Shown here piece by piece: positions 1 to 12,400 of a stretch of 64,000 nucleotides of DNA (positions are counted from its first letter, which is position 1; the number at the start of each line of letters is the position of its first letter). Both the position numbers and the translations under genes were made by a program. The DNA is from the human T2T-CHM13v2.0 reference genome, Homo sapiens. A model generated the notes under the pieces. The model had not been told where the DNA came from. It saw only the letters and a program-made list of their open reading frames with translations, and did no database searches. The stretch is taken from the NCBI RefSeq assembly GCF_009914755.1, contig NC_060925.1; one strand, given 5' to 3'.

Positions 1-313
1 GGTCTGAATATCCACTTGCAGACTTTTCAAACAGAGTGTTTCCTAACTGCTCTATGAAAAGAAAGGTTAAACTCTGTGAGTTGAACGCACACATCACAAA
101 GGAGTTTATGAGAATCATTCTGTCTAGTTTCTATAAGAAGATATTTCCTATTCTACCATTGACCTCAAAGCGGCTGAAATCTCCACTTGCAAATTCGACA
201 AAAAGAGTGTTTCAAGCCTGCTCTCTGTAAAGGATCCTTCAACTCTGTGAGTTGAATACACACAACACAAGGAAGTTACTGAGAATTATTCTGTCTAGCA
301 TAATATGAAGAAA

Positions 314-330
314 TCCCGTTTCCAACGAAG
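314..330 (-). promoter_or_regulatory. CENP-B box (first of ~188, repeated every 339-341 bp)
   Basis: The plus strand reads tcccgtttccaacgaag, reverse complement CTTCGTTGGAAACGGGA, matching YTTCGTTGGAARCGGGA. Next copies are at 655-671, 994-1010 and 1334-1350. Confidence 0.98.
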
Positions 331-485
331 GCCTCAAAGAGGTCTGAATATCCACTTGCAGACTTTACAAACAGAGTGTTTCCTAACTGCTCTATGAGAA
401 GAAAAGTTAAACTCTGTGAGTTGAACGCACACATCACAAAAGATTTTCTGAGAATCATTCTGTCTAGTCTTTATATGAAGATAGT

Positions 486-502
486 TTCCTTTTCTACCAT
501 TG
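486..502 (+). promoter_or_regulatory. pJalpha/A-box-like site in the alternate (A-type) monomer; example copy
   Basis: ttccttttctaccattg lies at the position homologous to the CENP-B box, one monomer away. It resembles the TTCCTTTTYCACCRTAG A-box consensus with mismatches. Confidence 0.65.
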
Positions 503-993
503 ACCTCAAAGCGGCTGAAATCTCCACTTGCAAATTCCACAAAAAGAGTGTTTCAAGTCTGCTCTGTGTAAAGGATCGTTCAACTCTGTGAGTTGAATAC
601 ACACAACACAAGGAAGTTACTGAGAATTCTTCTGTCTAGCAGAATATGAAGAAATCCCGTTTCCAACGAAGGCCACAAGATGTCAGAATATCCACTTACA
701 GACTTTACAAACAGAGTGTTTCCTAACTGCTCTATGAACAGAAAGGTTAAACTCTGTGAGTTGAACGAACACATCACAACCCAGTTTGTGGGAATGATTC
801 TGTCTAGTTTTGAAAGGAAGATATTTCCTTTTCTGCCGTTGACCTTAAAGCGCTTGAAATCTACACTTGCAAATTGCACAAATAGGCTGTTGCAAATCTG
901 CTCTGTCTAAGGGAACGTTCAACTCTGTGAGTTGAATGCACACAACACAAGGAAGTTACTGGGAATTCTTCTGTCTAGCCTTACATGAAAAAA

Positions 994-1010
994 ACCCGTT
1001 TCCAACGAAG
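994..1010 (-). promoter_or_regulatory. Variant CENP-B box preceding dimer D (terminal base T; nine core bases intact)
   Basis: acccgtttccaacgaag = CTTCGTTGGAAACGGGT, which still fits nTTCGnnnnAnnCGGGn. It occurs once per C-D junction. Confidence 0.93.
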
Positions 1011-4000
1011 GCCTCTAAGTGGTCAAAATTTCCACGTGCAGACTTTACAAACAGAGTGTTTCCAAACCGCTGAATGAAAAGAAAAGTTAAACTCTGAGAG
1101 TTGAACGCACACATCACGCAGCAGTTTCTGAGAATGATTCTGTCTAGTTTTTATACGAAGATATTTCCTTTTCTGCATTTGGCCCCAAAGCGCTTGAAAT
1201 CTCCACTTGCAAATTCCACAAAAACAGTGTTTCAAATCTGCTGTCTCTAAATGAAAGTTCAACTCTGTCAGTTGAATACACACAACACAAGGAAGTTACT
1301 GAGAATTCTTCTGTCTAGCAAAATATGAAGAAATCCCGTTTCCAACGAAGGCCTCAAAGGGGTCTGAATATCCACTTGCAGACTTTATAAACAGAGTGTT
1401 TACTAACTGCTCTATGAAAAGAAAGGTTAAACTCTGTGAGTTGAACACACACATCACAAAGGAGTTTCTGAGAATCATTCTGTCTAGTTTTTCTACGAAG
1501 ATATTTCCTTTTCTACTATTGACCTCAAAGCGGCTGAAATCTCCACTTGCAAATTCCACAAAAAGAGTGTTTCAAGTCTGCTCTGTGTAAAGGATCGTTC
1601 AACTCTGTGAGTTGAATACACACAACACAAGGAAGTTACTGAGAATTCTTCTGTCTAGCAGAATATGAAGAAATCCCGTTTCCAACGAAGGCCTCAAGGA
1701 GGTCTGAATATCCACTTGCAGACTTTACAAACAGAGTGTTTCCTAACTGCTCTATGAACAGAAAGGTTAAACTCTGTGAGTTGAACGCACACATCACAAA
1801 GGAGTTTCTGAGAATCATTCTGTCTAGTCTTTATACGAAGATATTTACTTTTCTACCATTGACCTCAAAGCGGCTGAAATCTCCACTTGCAAATTCCACA
1901 AAAAGAGTGTTTCAAGTCTGCTCTGTGTAAAGGATCATTCAACTCTGTGAGTTGAATAAACACAACACAAGGAAGTTACTGAGAATTCTTCTGTCTAGCA
2001 GAATATGAAGAAATCCCGTTTCCAACGAAGGCCTCAAGGAGGTCTGAATATCCACTTGCAGACTTTTCAAACAGAGTGTTTCCTAACTGCTCTATGAAAA
2101 GAAAGGTTAAACTCTGTGAGTTGAACGCACACATCACAAAGGAGTTTATGAGAATCATTCTGTCTAGTTTCTATAAAAAGATATTTCCTATTCTACCATT
2201 GACCTCAAAGCGGCTGAAATCTCCACTTGCAAATTCAACAAAAAGAGTGTTTCAAGCCTGCTCTCTGTAAAGGATCCTTCAACTCTGTGAGTTGAATACA
2301 CACAACACAAGGAAGTTACTGAGAATTATTCTGTCTAGCATAATATGAAGAAATCCCGTTTCCAACGAAGGCCTCAAAGAGGTCTGAATATCCACTTGCA
2401 GACTTTACAAACAGAGTGTTTCCTAACTGCTCTATGAGAAGAAAAGTTAAACTCTGTGAGTTGAACGCACACATCACAAAAGATTTTCTGAGAATCATTC
2501 TGTCTAGTCTTTATATGAAGATAGTTTCCTTTTCTACCATTGACCTCAAAGCGGCTGAAATCTCCACTTGCAAATTCCACAAAAAGAGTGTTTCAAGTCT
2601 GCTCTGTGTAAAGGATCGTTCAACTCTGTGAGTTGAATACACACAACACAAGGAAGTTACTGAGAATTCTTCTGTCTAGCAGAATATGAAGAAATCCCGT
2701 TTCCAACGAAGGCCACAAGATGTCAGAATATCCACTTACAGACTTTACAAACAGAGTGTTTCCTAACTGCTCTATGAACAGAAAGGTTAAACTCTGTGAG
2801 TTGAACGAACACATCACAACCCAGTTTGTGGGAATGATTCTGTCTAGTTTTGAAAGGAAGATATTTCCTTTTCTGCCGTTGACCTTAAAGCGCTTGAAAT
2901 CTACACTTGCAAATTGCACAAATAGGCTGTTTCAAATCTGCTCTGTCTAAGGGAACGTTCAACTCTGTGAGTTGAATGCACACAACACAAGGAAGTTACT
3001 GGGAATTCTTCTGTCTAGCCTTACATGAAAAAAACCCGTTTCCAACGAAGGCCTCTAAGTGGTCAAAATTTCCACGTGCAGACTTTACAAACAGAGTGTT
3101 TCCAAACCGCTGAATGAAAAGAAAAGTTAAACTCTGAGAGTTGAACGCACACATCACGCAGCAGTTTCTGAGAATGATTCTGTCTAGTTTTTATACGAAG
3201 ATATTTCCTTTTCTGCCTTTGGCCCCAAAGCGCTTGAAATCTCCACTTGCAAATTCCACAAAAACAGTGTTTCAAATCTGCTGTCTCTAAATGAAAGTTC
3301 AACTCTGTCAGTTGAATACACACAACACAAGGAAGTTACTGAGAATTCTTCTGTCTAGCAAAATATGAAGAAATCCCGTTTCCAACGAAGGCCTCAAAGG
3401 GGTCTGAATATCCACTTGCAGACTTTATAAACAGAGTGTTTACTAACTGCTCTATGAAAAGAAAGGTTAAACTCTGTGAGTTGAACACACACATCACAAA
3501 GGAGTTTCTGAGAATCATTCTGTCTAGTTTTTCTACGAAGATATTTCCTTTTCTACTATTGACCTCAAAGCGGCTGAAATCTCCACTTGCAAATTCCACA
3601 AAAAGAGTGTTTCAAGTCTGCTCTGTGTAAAGGATCGTTCAACTCTGTGAGTTGAATACACACAACACAAGGAAGTTACTGAGAATTCTTCTGTCTAGCA
3701 GAATATGAAGAAATCCCGTTTCCAACGAAGGCCTCAAGGAGGTCTGAATATCCACTTGCAGACTTTACAAACAGAGTGTTTCCTAACTGCTCTATGAACA
3801 GAAAGGTTAAACTCTGTGAGTTGAACGCACACATCACAAAGGAGTTTCTGAGAATCATTCTGTCTAGTCTTTATACGAAGATATTTACTTTTCTACCATT
3901 GACCTCAAAGCGGCTGAAATCTCCACTTGCAAATTCCACAAAAAGAGTGTTTCAAGTCTGCTCTGTGTAAAGGATCATTCAACTCTGTGAGTTGAATAAA

Positions 4001-7000
4001 CACAACACAAGGAAGTTACTGAGAATTCTTCTGTCTAGCAGAATATGAAGAAATCCCGTTTCCAACGAAGGCCTCAAGGAGGTCTGAATATCCACTTGCA
4101 GACTTTTCAAACAGAGTGTTTCCTAACTGCTCTATGAAAAGAAAGGTTAAACTCTGTGAGTTGAACGCACACATCACAAAGGAGTTTATGAGAATCATTC
4201 TGTCTAGTTTCTATAAGAAGATATTTCCTATTCTACCATTGACCTCAAAGCGGCTGAAATCTCCACTTGCAAATTCGACAAAAAGAGTGTTTCAAGCCTG
4301 CTCTCTGTAAAGGATCCTTCAACTCTGTGAGTTGAATACACACAACACAAGGAAGTTACTGAGAATTATTCTGTCTAGCATAATATGAAGAAATCCCGTT
4401 TCCAACGAAGGCCTCAAAGAGGTCTGAATATCCACTTGCAGACTTTACAAACAGAGTGTTTCCTAACTGCTCTATGAGAAGAAAAGTTAAACTCTGTGAG
4501 TTGAACGCACACATCACAAAAGATTTTCTGAGAATCATTCTGTCTAGTCTTTATATGAAGATAGTTTCCTTTTCTACCATTGACCTCAAAGCGGCTGAAA
4601 TCTCCACTTGCAAATTCCACAAAAAGAGTGTTTCAAGTCTGCTCTGTGTAAAGGATCGTTCAACTCTGTGAGTTGAATACACACAACACAAGGAAGTTAC
4701 TGAGAATTCTTCTGTCTAGCAGAAGATGAAGAAATCCCGTTTCCAACGAAGGCCACAAGATGTCAGAATATCCACTTACAGACTTTACAAACAGAGTGTT
4801 TCCTAACTGCTCTATGAACAGAAAGGTTAAACTCTGTGAGTTGAACGAACACATCACAACCCAGTTTGTGGGAATGATTCTGTCTAGTTTTGAAAGGAAG
4901 ATATTTCCTTTTCTGCCGTTGACCTTAAAGCGCTTGAAATCTACACTTGCAAATTGCACAAATAGGCTGTTGCAAATCTGCTCTGTCTAAGGGAACGTTC
5001 AACTCTGTGAGTTGAATGCACACAACACAAGGAAGTTACTGGGAATTCTTCTGTCTAGCCTTACATGAAAAAAACCCGTTTCCAACGAAGGCCTCTAAGT
5101 GGTCAAAATTTCCACGTGCAGACTTTACAAACAGAGTGTTTCCAAACCGCTGAATGAAAAGAAAAGTTAAACTCTGAGAGTTGAACGCACACATCACGCA
5201 GCAGTTTCTGAGAATGATTCTGTCTAGTTTTTATACGAAGATATTTCCTTTTCTGCATTTGGCCCCAAAGCGCTTGAAATCTCCACTTGCAAATTCCACA
5301 AAAACAGTGTTTCAAATCTGCTGTCTCTAAATGAAAGTTCAACTCTGTCAGTTGAATACACACAACACAAGGAAGTTACTGAGAATTCTTCTGTCTAGCA
5401 AAATATGAAGAAATCCCGTTTCCAACGAAGGCCTCAAAGGGGTCTGAATATCCACTTGCAGACTTTATAAACAGAGTGTTTACTAACTGCTCTATGAAAA
5501 GAAAGGTTAAACTCTGTGAGTTGAACACACACATCACAAAGGAGTTTCTGAGAATCATTCTGTCTAGTTTTTCTACGAAGATATTTCCTTTTCTACTATT
5601 GACCTCAAAGCGGCTGAAATCTCCACTTGCAAATTCCACAAAAAGAGTGTTTCAAGTCTGCTCTGTGTAAAGGATCGTTCAACTCTGTGAGTTGAATACA
5701 CACAACACAAGGAAGTTACTGAGAATTCTTCTGTCTAGCAGAATATGAAGAAATCCCGTTTCCAACGAAGGCCTCAAGGAGGTCTGAATATCCACTTGCA
5801 GACTTTACAAACAGAGTGTTTCCTAACTGCTCTATGAACAGAAAGGTTAAACTCTGTGAGTTGAACGCACACATCACAAAGGAGTTTCTGAGAATCATTC
5901 TGTCTAGTCTTTATACGAAGATATTTACTTTTCTACCATTGACCTCAAAGCGGCTGAAATCTCCACTTGCAAATTCCACAAAAAGAGTGTTTCAAGTCTG
6001 CTCTGTGTAAAGGATCATTCAACTCTGTGAGTTGAATAAACACAACACAAGGAAGTTACTGAGAATTCTTCTGTCTAGCAGAATATGAAGAAATCCCGTT
6101 TCCAACGAAGGCCTCAAGGAGGTCTGAATATCCACTTGCAGACTTTTCAAACAGAGTGTTTCCTAACTGCTCTATGAAAAGAAAGGTTAAACTCTGTGAG
6201 TTGAACGCACACATCACAAAGGAGTTTATGAGAATCATTCTGTCTAGTTTCTATAAAAAGATATTTCCTATTCTACCATTGACCTCAAAGCGGCTGAAAT
6301 CTCCACTTGCAAATTCAACAAAAAGAGTGTTTCAAGCCTGCTCTCTGTAAAGGATCCTTCAACTCTGTGAGTTGAATACACACAACACAAGGAAGTTACT
6401 GAGAATTATTCTGTCTAGCATAATATGAAGAAATCCCGTTTCCAACGAAGGCCTCAAAGAGGTCTGAATATCCACTTGCAGACTTTACAAACAGAGTGTT
6501 TCCTAACTGCTCTATGAGAAGAAAAGTTAAACTCTGTGAGTTGAACGCACACATCACAAAAGATTTTCTGAGAATCATTCTGTCTAGTCTTTATATGAAG
6601 ATAGTTTCCTTTTCTACCATTGACCTCAAAGCGGCTGAAATCTCCACTTGCAAATTCCACAAAAAGAGTGTTTCAAGTCTGCTCTGTGTAAAGGATCGTT
6701 CAACTCTGTGAGTTGAATACACACAACACAAGGAAGTTACTGAGAATTCTTCTGTCTAGCAGAATATGAAGAAATCCCGTTTCCAACGAAGGCCACAAGA
6801 TGTCAGAATATCCACTTACAGACTTTACAAACAGAGTGTTTCCTAACTGCTCTATGAACAGAAAGGTTAAACTCTGTGAGTTGAACGAACACATCACAAC
6901 GCAGTTTGTGGGAATGATTCTGTCTAGTTTTGAAACGAAGATATTTCCTTTTCTGCCGTTGACCTTAAAGCGCTTGAAATCTACACTTGCAAATTGCACA

Positions 7001-9479
7001 AATAGGCTGTTTCAAATCTGCTCTGTCTAAGGGAACGTTCAACTCTGTGAGTTGAATGCACACAACACAAGGAAGTTACTGGGAATTCTTCTGTCTAGCC
7101 TTACATGAAAAAAACCCGTTTCCAACGAAGGCCTCTAAGTGGTCAAAATTTCCACGTGCAGACTTTACAAACAGAGTGTTTCCAAACCGCTGAATGAAAA
7201 GAAAAGTTAAACTCTGAGAGTTGAACGCACACATCACGCAGCAGTTTCTGAGAATGATTCTGTCTAGTTTTTATACGAAGATATTTCCTTTTCTGCATTT
7301 GGCCCCAAAGCGCTTGAAATCTCCACTTGCAAATTCCACAAAAACAGTGTTTCAAATCTGCTGTCTCTAAATGAAAGTTCAACTCTGTCAGTTGAATACA
7401 CACAACACAAGGAAGTTACTGAGAATTCTTCTGTCTAGCAAAATATGAAGAAATCCCGTTTCCAACGAAGGCCTCAAAGGGGTCTGAATATCCACTTGCA
7501 GACTTTATAAACAGAGTGTTTACTAACTGCTCTATGAAAAGAAAGGTTAAACTCTGTGAGTTGAACACACACATCACAAAGGAGTTTCTGAGAATCATTC
7601 TGTCTAGTTTTTCTACGAAGATATTTCCTTTTCTACTATTGACCTCAAAGCGGCTGAAATCTCCACTTGCAAATTCCACAAAAAGAGTGTTTCAAGTCTG
7701 CTCTGTGTAAAGGATCGTTCAACTCTGTGAGTTGAATACACACAACACAAGGAAGTTACTGAGAATTCTTCTGTCTAGCAGAATATGAAGAAATCCCGTT
7801 TCCAACGAAGGCCTCAAGGAGGTCTGAATATCCACTTGCAGACTTTACAAACAGAGTGTTTCCTAACTGCTCTATGAACAGAAAGGTTAAACTCTGTGAG
7901 TTGAACGCACACATCACAAAGGAGTTTCTGAGAATCATTCTGTCTAGTCTTTATACGAAGATATTTACTTTTCTACCATTGACCTCAAAGCGGCTGAAAT
8001 CTCCACTTGCAAATTCCACAAAAAGAGTGTTTCAAGTCTGCTCTGTGTAAAGGATCATTCAACTCTGTGAGTTGAATAAACACAACACAAGGAAGTTACT
8101 GAGAATTCTTCTGTCTAGCAGAATATGAAGAAATCCCGTTTCCAACGAAGGCCTCAAGGAGGTCTGAATATCCACTTGCAGACTTTACAAACAGAGTGTT
8201 TCCTAACTGCTCTATGAAAAGGAAGGTTAAACTCTGTGAGTTGAACGCACACACCACAAAGGAGTTTCTGAGAATCATTCTGTCTAGTTTCTATAGGAAG
8301 ATATTTCCTATTCTACCATTGACCTCAAAGCGGCTGAAATCTCCACTTGCAAATTCCACAAAAAGAGTGTTTCAAGTCTGCTCTGTGTAAAGGATCGTTC
8401 AACTCTGTGAGTTGAATACACACAACACAAGGAAGTTACTGAGAATTCTTCTGTCTAGCAGAATATGAAGAAATCCCGTTTCCAACGAAGGCCTCAGGGA
8501 GGTCTGAATATCCACTTGCAGACATTACAAACAGAGTGTTTCCTAACTGCTCTATGAACAGAAAGGTTAAACTCTGTGAGTTGAACGCACACATCACAAA
8601 GGAGTTTCTGAGAATCATTCTGTCTAGTTTTTATACGAAGATATTTACTTTTCTACCATTGACCTCAAAGCGGCTGAAATCTCCACTTGCAAATTCCACA
8701 AAAAGAGTGTTTCAAGTCTGCTCTGTGTAAAGGATCATTCAACTCTGTGAGTTGAATAAACACAACACAAGGAAGTTACTGAGAATTCTTCTGTCTAGCA
8801 GAATATGAAGAAATCCCGTTTCCAACGAAGGCCTCAAGGAGGTCTGAATATCCACTTGCAGACTTTACAAACAGAGTGTTTCCTAACTGCTCTATGAACA
8901 GAAAGGTTAAACTCTGTGAGTTGAACGCACACATCACAAAGGAGTTTATGAGAATCATTCTGTCTAGTTTCTATAAGAAGATATTTCCTATTCTACCATT
9001 GACCTCAAAGCGGCTGAAATCTCCACTTGCAAATTCGACAAAAAGAGTGTTTCAAGCCTGCTCTCTGTAAAGGATCCTTCAACTCTGTGAGTTGAATACA
9101 CACAACACAAGGAAGTTACTGAGAATTATTCTGTCTAGCATAATATGAAGAAATCCCGTTTCCAACGAAGGCCTCAAAGAGGTCTGAATATCCACTTGCA
9201 GACTTTACAAACAGAGTGTTTCCTAACTGCTCTATGAGAAGAAAAGTTAAACTCTGTGAGTTGAACGCACACATCACAAAAGATTTTCTGAGAATCATTC
9301 TGTCTAGTCTTTATATGAAGATAGTTTCCTTTTCTACCTTTCACCTCAAAGCGGCTGAAATCTCCACTTGCAAATTCCACAAAAAGAGTGTTTCAAGTCT
9401 GCTCTGTGTAAAGGATCGTTCAACTCTGTGAGTTGAATACACACAACACAAGGAAGTTACTGAGAATTCTTCTGTCTAG

Positions 9480-12400
9480 CAGAATATGAAGAAATCCCGT
9501 TTCCAACGAAGGCCACAAGATGTCAGAATATCCACTTACAGACTTTACAAACAGAGTGTTTCCTAACTGCTCTATGAACAGAAAGGTTAAACTCTGTGAG
9601 TTGAACGAACACATCACAACCCAGTTTGTGGGAATGATTCTGTCTAGTTTTGAAAGGAAGATATTTCCTTTTCTGCCGTTGACCTTAAAGCGCTTGAAAT
9701 CTACACTTGCAAATTGCACAAATAGGCTGTTTCAAATCTGCTCTGTCTAAGGGAACGTTCAACTCTGTGAGTTGAATGCACACAACACAAGGAAGTTACT
9801 GGGAATTCTTCTGTCTAGCCTTACATGAAAAAAACCCGTTTCCAACGAAGGCCTCTAAGTGGTCAAAATATCCACGTGCAGACTTTACAAACAGAGTGTT
9901 TCCAAACCGCTGAATGAAAAGAAAAGTTAAACTCTGAGAGTTGAACGCACACATCACGCAGCAGTTTCTGAGAATGATTCTGTGTAGTTTTTATACGAAG
10001 ATATTTCCTTTTCTGCCTTTGGCCCCAAAGCGCTTGAAATCTCCACTTGCAAATTCCACAAAAACAGTGTTTCAAATCTGCTCTCTCTAAATGAAAGTTC
10101 AACTCTGTCAGTTGAATACACACAACACAAGGAAGTTACTGAGAATTCTTCTGTCTAGCATAATATGAAGAAATCCCGTTTCCAACGAAGGCCTCAAAGG
10201 GGTCTGAATATCCACTTGCAGACTTTATAAACAGAGTGTTTACTAACTGCTCTATGAAAAGAAAGGTTAAACTCTGTGAGTTGAACACACACATCACAAA
10301 GGAGTTTCTGAGAATCATTCTGTCTAGTTTTTCTACGAAGATATGTCCTTTTCTACTATTGACCTCAAAGCGGCTGAAATCTCCACTTGCAAATTCCACA
10401 AAAAGAGTGTTTCAAGTCTGCTCTGTGTAAAGGATCGTTCAACTCTGTGAGTTGAATACACACAACACAAGGAAGTTACTGAGAATTCTTCTGTCTAGCA
10501 GAATATGAAGAAATCCCGTTTCCAACGAAGGCCTCAAAGAGGTCTGAATATCCACTTGCAGACTTTACAAACAGAGTGTTTCCTAACTGCTCTATGAAAA
10601 GAAAGGTTAAACTCTGTGAGTTGAACGCACACATCACAAAGGAGTTTCTGAGAATCATTCTGTCTATTTTCTATAGGAAGATATTTCCTATTCTACCATT
10701 GACCTCAAAGCGGCTGAAATCTCCACTTGCAAATTCCACAAAAAGAGTGTTTCAAGTCTGCTCTGTGTAAAGGATCATTCAACTCTGTGAGTTGAATAAA
10801 CACAACACAAGGAAGTTACTGAGAATTCTTCTGTCTAGCAGAATATGAAGAAATCCCGTTTCCAACGAAGGCCTCAAGGAGGTCTGAATATCCACTTGCA
10901 GACTTTTCAAACAGAGTGTTTCCTAACTGCTCTATGAAAAGAAAGGTTAAACTCTGTGAGTTGAACGCACACATCACAAAGGAGTTTATGAGAATCATTC
11001 TGTCTAGTTTCTATAAGAAGACATTTCCTATTCTACCATTGACCTCAAAGCGGCTGAAATCTCCACTTGCAAATTCGACAAAAAGAGTGTTTCAAGCCTG
11101 CTCTCTGTAAAGGATCCTTCAACTCTGTGAGTTGAATACACACAACACAAGGAAGTTACTGAGAATTATTCTGTCTAGCAAAATATGAAGAAATCCCGTT
11201 TCCAACGAAGGCCTCAAAGAGGTCTGAATATCCACTTGCAGACTTTACAAACAGAGTGTTTCCTAACTGCTCTATGAGAAGAAAAGTTAAACTCTGTGAG
11301 TTGAACGCACACATCACAAAAGATTTTCTGAGAATCATTCTGTCTAGTCTTTATATGAAGATAGTTTCCTTTTCTACCATTGACCTCAAAGCGGCTGAAA
11401 TCTCCACTTGCAAATTCCACAAAAAGAGTGTTTCAAGTCTGCTCTGTGTAAAGGATCGTTCAACTCTGTGAGTTGAATACACACAACACAAGGAAGTTAC
11501 TGAGAATTCTTCTGTCTAGCAGAATATGAAGAAATCCCGTTTCCAACGAAGGCCACAAGATGTCAGAATATCCACTTACAGACTTTACAAACAGAGTGTT
11601 TCCTAACTGCTCTATGAACAGAAAGGTTAAACTCTGTGAGTTGAACGAACACATCACAACGCAGTTTGTGGGAATGATTCTGTCTAGTTTTGAAACGAAG
11701 ATATTTCCTTTTCTGCCGTTGACCTTAAAGCGCTTGAAATCTACACTTGCAAATTGCACAAATAGAGTGTTTCAAATCTGCTCTGTCTAAGGGAACGTTC
11801 AACTCTGTGAGTTGAATGCACACAACACAAGGAAGTTACTGGGAATTCTTCTGTCTAGCCTTAAATGAAAAAAACCCGTTTCCAACGAAGGCCTCTAAGT
11901 GGTCAAAATATCCACGTGCAGACTTTACAAACAGAGTGTTTCCAAATCGCTGAATGAAAAGAAAAGTTAAACTCTGAGAGTTGAACGCACACATCACGCA
12001 GCAGATTCTGAGAATGATTCTGTCTTGTTTTTATACGAAGATATTTCCTTTTCTGCCTTTGGCCCCAAAGCGCTTGAAATCTCCACTTGCAAATTCCACA
12101 AAAACAGTGTTTCAAATCTGCTCTCTCTAAATGAAAGTTCAACTCTGTCAGTTGAATACACACAACACAAGGAAGTTACTGAGAATTCTTCTGTCTAGCA
12201 TAATATGAAGAAATCCCGTTTCCAACGAAGGCCTCAAAGGGGTCTGAATATCCACTTGCAGACTTTATAAACAGAGTGTTTACTAACTGCTCTATGAAAA
12301 GAAAGGTTAAACTCTGTGAGTTGAACACACACATCACAAAGGAGTTTCTGAGAATCATTCTGTCTAGTTTTTCTACGAAGATATTTCCTTTTCTACTATT

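Larger units (their letters stand above)
1..8160 (-). repeat. Four tandem 2040-bp 12-mer HORs (dimers A-B-C-D-E-F)
   Basis: Marker ORFs recur at exactly 2040 bp: 36/2076/4116/6156, 376/2416/4456/6496, 1396/3436/5476/7516. Confidence 0.95.

Noticed and set aside
1033-1038. E-box CACGTG in every D dimer
   Set aside because: It is a single-base variant of the tccacttgca motif fixed in one dimer type. A 6-mer match alone does not support regulatory function.
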